A stretch of DNA of 63,978 nt, the filler included, from Nemertoderma westbladi (lineage: Eukaryota; Animalia; Xenacoelomorpha), in the NCBI GenBank assembly GCA_032718475.1. It is 3 parts of 3 records of this genome, joined end to end, with 100 filler letters (N's around TTAATTAATTAA, not from the genome) between each part and the next. Parts side by side here need not be neighbours in the genome. Positions count along the whole stretch, not along the records: positions 57,682 to 63,978 come from JAUCBJ010000599.1; 2 more parts are not named here. One strand, 5' to 3'. Position 1 is the stretch's first letter. Every line of letters starts with the position of its first letter. Both the position numbers and the translations under genes were made by a program. Shown here one piece after another: positions 59,524 through 63,978 of the stretch. Below the pieces are notes generated by a model. It was not told where the DNA came from. It ran no database searches and worked only from the letters and a program-made list of their open reading frames with translations.

Positions 59524-62025
59524 ATGGCCAATAATTCTACTGCGATGGGGTTAAGTACCAGTACTACCGGTATCGGTACCTACGGGAATTCAACACCCGC
59601 CTCCGAGCAACTTCCGGGGGTTGGTCGGAAATCTTATAGAACCCGTACGCGCTCGGAAACTTCCATCGCTAAACACAGCATCGAGGTCGCCATAAAGAAC
59701 CCGGGAGGTCTTAAAGGACTGCTCACATTCTTCGTGCTCGCATTGGCATGCATCACGGCCTTCTCCTCCCGGCTGTTCGCAGTAATTCGCTTCGAATCGA
59801 TTATCCACGAGTTCGACCCGTGGTTCAACTACCGAGCCACGCACCACATGGTCAGCCACGGGTTCTACGACTTCCTCAACTGGTTCGACGAGAGGTCGTG
59901 GTACCCGCTGGGTCGTATCGTCGGTGGCACCGTCTACCCGGGCCTCATGGTCACCGCCGGGGCCCTCCACACCCTCCTCAACAGCGCCAACATCAGCGTC
60001 CACATCCGGGACGTCTGCGTCTTCCTAGCCCCGACCTTCAGCGGACTCACCAGCATCGCTACGTATCTCCTAACCCGAGAACTCTGGAGTCCCGGCGCCG
60101 GTCTCCTTTCAGCTTGTTTCATCGCCATAGTCCCGGGATACATCAGCAGGAGCGTCGCGGGTTCCTACGACAACGAGGGCGTCGCGATTTTCGCGCTGAT
60201 ATTTACTTTCTATTTGTGGGTCAAAGCTGTTAAGAGCGGGACAATGTTCTGGGCGACGCTGACCGCGCTATCCTACTTCTACATGGTGTCGGCCTGGGGC
60301 GGTTACGTATACATCACTAACATCATTCCTCTGCACGTCTGCGTCCTCATCGTGATGGGCCGTTTCAACTCGAAGATCCACGTAGCTTACTGCACCTACT
60401 ACATCCTGGGGTTGGCCTTGTCCATGCAGGTCCCGTTCGTTGGCTTCCAACCAATCAGGACGAGCGAGCACATGGCCCCCGCGGGGACCTTCGCCTTGGT
60501 CACCGTCTACTCGGCGCTCTCCTACGTGCAGCACCGTCTCACCGCGGCCCAGTTCAAGCGGTTCTTCATCGGCGCGGTGGTGTTCAGCGCGGGGTTGCTG
60601 TTCGCGGGTGTGATCGCGTTGACAGCCGCAGGAGTCGTCGCTCCTTGGAGCGGCCGCTTCTACTCCCTCTGGGACACCGGCTACGCCAAGATACACATTC
60701 CCATAATCGCCTCGGTCTCGGAACACCAGCCGACCACGTGGACTTCCTTCTTCTTTGACCTCCACATGCTGGTCTGCACCTTCCCGGCCGGCGTCTGGTT
60801 CGTCGTTAAGAAGGTGAACAACGAGCGTGTCCTCATCCTCCTCTACGCGGTGAGCGCGGCTTACTTCGCCGGCGTTATGGTCCGATTGATGCTCGTTCTA
60901 ACTCCCGTCGTCTGCATCCTGTCGGCCATCGCGTTCTCCTCCATTCTCGAGCAGTACCTCGTGGACGACACGATAGTGAGCGAAGTCAATCAAACCGACG
61001 ACGAAGACACGGAAGACCTGCTGGAAGAGGCCGGGAAGAAGAGTAAAGTGAAGAAGGATTTATACGATAAGGCGGGGAAGGTTTCTACTAATGTGTCGGC
61101 GAGCGATCGCCCCTCCGGGGATGACGACTCCATCAGCGTTATGCTGAAGTGGTGCGTCGTGACTCTAATCTTTATGATGATGGCGGTTTTGTTTGTGGTG
61201 CACTGCACGTGGGTGACCAGCAACGCGTACAGCTCCCCGAGCGTGGTGCTCAGCTGGGGCGGCGGGCCGGACGGCGGCCGACTCATACTGGACGACTTCC
61301 GGGAGGCCTACTACTGGCTGCGGCGGAACACGCGGGAGGACGCGACCGTGATGAGTTGGTGGGACTACGGCTACCAGATCGCAGGGATGGCCAATAGGAC
61401 GACCCTGGTGGACAACAACACCTGGAATAACAGCCACATCGCGTTGGTCGGGAAGGCCATGAGTCTCCCGGAGGATCGAGCCATCGAGGTGATGCGAGCC
61501 TTGGACGTGGATTACGTGTTGGTTATATTCGGGGGGTTGATCGGTTACTCCGGCGACGATATCAACAAGTTCCTCTGGATGGTGCGGATCGCGGAGGGGG
61601 AGCACCCCGGGGATATCCGCGAGTCGGACTACTTCACGGAGTCCGGGGACTTCCGCATTGACTCCTCCGGCTCCCAGACTATGCTCAACTCGCTGATGTA
61701 CACGATGTGCTACTACCGCTTCGGGGAGGTCCAACTGGACCGGCGGACGCCGCCCGGGATGGACCGGACGCGGAACTCGCAGATCGGGCGGATGGACGTC
61801 CGATTGACCCACATCGAGGAGGCCTTCACCACGGAGCACTGGCTGGTCCGGATCTACCGCGTCAAGGGGCGGCCCAACCGGGAGGTCGGGAGCACGCGAC
61901 GGCATCGGGAGGGGGTGGAGGCGAGACGAGCGCGGTTCGTTAGCAGGAAGACGACTCGACGGAGACGCGGGATCATTCGGAACAAAGTCGTCGTGAAGAA
62001 AGGGAAGAAACGGTCGCCGCGGTAA
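59524..62025 (+). CDS. STT3B: Oligosaccharyltransferase catalytic subunit STT3B, intronless, 833 aa
   Basis: IIHEFDPWFNYR, GSYDNEG, IIASVSEHQP, SWWDYGYQI, GDDINKFLWMVRIA; N-terminal extension and basic tail are STT3B-type. Confidence 0.97.
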   Translation: MANNSTAMGLSTSTTGIGTYGNSTPASEQLPGVGRKSYRTRTRSETSIAKHSIEVAIKNPGGLKGLLTFFVLALACITAFSSRLFAVIRFESIIHEFDPWFNYRATHHMVSHGFYDFLNWFDERSWYPLGRIVGGTVYPGLMVTAGALHTLLNSANISVHIRDVCVFLAPTFSGLTSIATYLLTRELWSPGAGLLSACFIAIVPGYISRSVAGSYDNEGVAIFALIFTFYLWVKAVKSGTMFWATLTALSYFYMVSAWGGYVYITNIIPLHVCVLIVMGRFNSKIHVAYCTYYILGLALSMQVPFVGFQPIRTSEHMAPAGTFALVTVYSALSYVQHRLTAAQFKRFFIGAVVFSAGLLFAGVIALTAAGVVAPWSGRFYSLWDTGYAKIHIPIIASVSEHQPTTWTSFFFDLHMLVCTFPAGVWFVVKKVNNERVLILLYAVSAAYFAGVMVRLMLVLTPVVCILSAIAFSSILEQYLVDDTIVSEVNQTDDEDTEDLLEEAGKKSKVKKDLYDKAGKVSTNVSASDRPSGDDDSISVMLKWCVVTLIFMMMAVLFVVHCTWVTSNAYSSPSVVLSWGGGPDGGRLILDDFREAYYWLRRNTREDATVMSWWDYGYQIAGMANRTTLVDNNTWNNSHIALVGKAMSLPEDRAIEVMRALDVDYVLVIFGGLIGYSGDDINKFLWMVRIAEGEHPGDIRESDYFTESGDFRIDSSGSQTMLNSLMYTMCYYRFGEVQLDRRTPPGMDRTRNSQIGRMDVRLTHIEEAFTTEHWLVRIYRVKGRPNREVGSTRRHREGVEARRARFVSRKTTRRRRGIIRNKVVVKKGKKRSPR

Positions 62026-62760
62026 CCACGGGACGATGCAATATCTACGGCGATCGGTCTGTAGACGTTCTAGAACTTTATATTATCGCTTTGGGCGTTG
62101 CTAATCAATCAATTCACTCCTCGTTATATGTGAGTATCGCCCCCTAGTGGCTAATATTTTTGTTACACGGACTCTTTGGCGTCTTCATTATGTGGGAAGG
62201 GCCAAACAGATGTTGTTCTACAAATATTTAGGTTAGCTGACAACCTGAACTCAACTCAATCTCCCAAACTACCGTGCTGCTCTACTATTAGTTATTTTGC
62301 TATTGTTTTTGTTAACAGAATTTATAATTGTTTGGTACGACGTTGTTTCCCCGTATCGTTCGTTGGTGTTTTGTCTTCTGTTTTCACTCCCATGCGGTTC
62401 ATCTTGTCTTGATAAAGTGAGTTTTATTTGCTAGACATTGCAGTCCCTGATGTCGTCGACGTGCTGACGTGCCTTTACCATAACGGTAGGCGTCTATGTA
62501 ACCAAAGACATTGAAATTCTTTCGGTTTATAGTTTTGGATATAAATTATTTGCTGTAGCTACTTTAGGTTGTCTAGATAACAAATTGTTCGCGATTATAT
62601 TTACAATAAATTAACCCTATTGGTTTAGTGTTAATGTAGAAACTTCCCGTTGTTTTATATGCAACTGTGTAACTAACTGATTATATTTTATTGACAATAT
62701 TTTCCCAGTTTTGGTATTTTTGTTCGGAATTAACATGTAAATGGGGATATACGCCCCCCC

Positions 62761-63205
62761 TTGCATGACATTTGAAACAGAGATAGTTTCACCTCCCGAC
62801 CACTCACTGGGTGAGCCAGAATTTTTAATTTTGCTTTCAATCTTTAGCTACAAGCGTTTAAAAAAAGTGTCTCCAGCGATATTACACCAGTTACACCGCA
62901 GTTATTATTCTACCTTATAGCTGTTTGTTGGTACCAATGCAAAGCTGGCCACGCAAGGATTCCAAATATGTAACACAATTTGATTTCGTTGAAAAATAGC
63001 TGAGATATGAGCGTTCAAATGTTGCACGGATATGCACCGGCGTGAGGCTATTTTATTCAAGAATAACTGCGGTGTAACTTGTGTAATATCGCCGGAGACA
63101 ATTTTTAAACGCGTGTAGCTAAAGTTTGAAAGCAAAATTAAAAATTCTGGCTCACCCAGTCAGTGGTCGGGAGGTGAAACTATCTCTGTTTCAAATTTCA
63201 TGCAA
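62761..63205. mobile_element. Foldback/MITE-like element with about 110-bp inverted arms
   Basis: TTGCATGACATTTGAAACAGAGATAGTTTCACCTCCCGACCACT... is mirrored by ...AGTGGTCGGGAGGTGAAACTATCTCTGTTTCAAATTTCATGCAA. Confidence 0.85.
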
Positions 63206-63538
63206 GCTCATTAAGATGTGTATAAATAATTAGGGGGGGTGGGGGGGGGGGGTGCGTGTCACTGAATTACGACACTATATTCCGGGACATGCTGTTTAGT
63301 GGTCAGAAGTTCACCGACCACGAAAACCCATACGGGGAATTTTTTAGACAGATAGTATGCTTTTCATTGACGGACCGGACAAACCGACAGTAAAACTGAC
63401 AGACAGCCATGACTCGATAAGTAAGATAGATCTAGCTAACGGTTTTCAAATTTGGAATCTTGATAAAAATCTGCTCTAGATGAAAATGAAATAGTTTGTA
63501 AAAAAAATATTTGTAAAAAATTATTGAATAGAGCTGCT

Positions 63539-63570
<32 letters not shown>

Positions 63571-63727
63571 ACCCCCCCCTCCGGGTGAAAAAAGTGTGAG
63601 CGGACATAAAAGTTTAACTTTTTTTGACGCTGTTGAAACTGACATACGGAAATAAATGTTTCAATTTTGAATTAAATTTCACACAAAGGATCCTATTGGA
63701 ACTAAAAACTGCATGACAAGACGCGGC

Positions 63728-63976
63728 TTAGTCCCCACAGCATTCCGTTGCACACTGAATACAGAAAGCCATTATCCCAGTCCCAGTACAGCAGTTATCC
63801 CGGAACCATGTTGGTATGTCGTGCGTTCCATTTGTGGATAATTCGTATTCTATAATTTCATATGTTCGGTTATAATCAATTTCATTTGATATTAGAAATG
63901 TGCGGGGGGGGGAGGGGTTTGCTTTGACGGCATATGGCGAAATATTACCATTCACTTCCATAGCTACTGGACTGCT
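63728..63976 (-). CDS. Possible 3' end of a gene extending beyond the window (Cys-rich C-terminus), unknown product
   Basis: Frame is open to the window edge; protein-like composition only. Confidence 0.3.
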   Translation of the reverse strand, partial: SSPVAMEVNGNISPYAVKANPSPPRTFLISNEIDYNRTYEIIEYELSTNGTHDIPTWFRDNCCTGTGIMAFCIQCATECCGD

Positions 63977-63978
63977 AC

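Noticed and set aside
59590-61943. Many antisense and alternate-frame ORFs over STT3B (also over PDP, VPS45 and the astacin)
   Set aside because: Expected shadows of GC-rich or biased codon usage; no independent motifs.

Overview
AT-rich eukaryotic (invertebrate animal-like) genomic DNA in three segments joined by artificial 100-nt spacers (44 N + TTAATTAATTAA + 44 N). Host genes: intronless VPS45, pyruvate dehydrogenase phosphatase (PDP1-like), STT3B, and an astacin + EGF-like + LDLa gene, plus a four-exon Ly6/uPAR-like GPI-anchored gene absent from the ORF track that carries two in-frame stops. The rest is mostly mobile DNA. There are two complete, young BEL/Pao LTR retrotransposons encoding only Gag-protease (3095-12663, inserted in a 16-bp satellite; 38570-50274, nested in a TIR element), a third cut by a gap, and a fourth LTR fragment. 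LINE remnants, SINEs, hAT and PIF/Harbinger MITEs, and minisatellites also occur. Main observation: none of the three BEL/Pao elements with a visible 5' LTR junction has a tRNA primer-binding site. Instead, the 10-12 nt at the PBS position are complementary to a site inside each element's own LTR, with a compensatory base change between two related elements. This suggests Tf1-like self-primed reverse transcription in BEL/Pao elements. All comparisons were made by eye; no searches were run.
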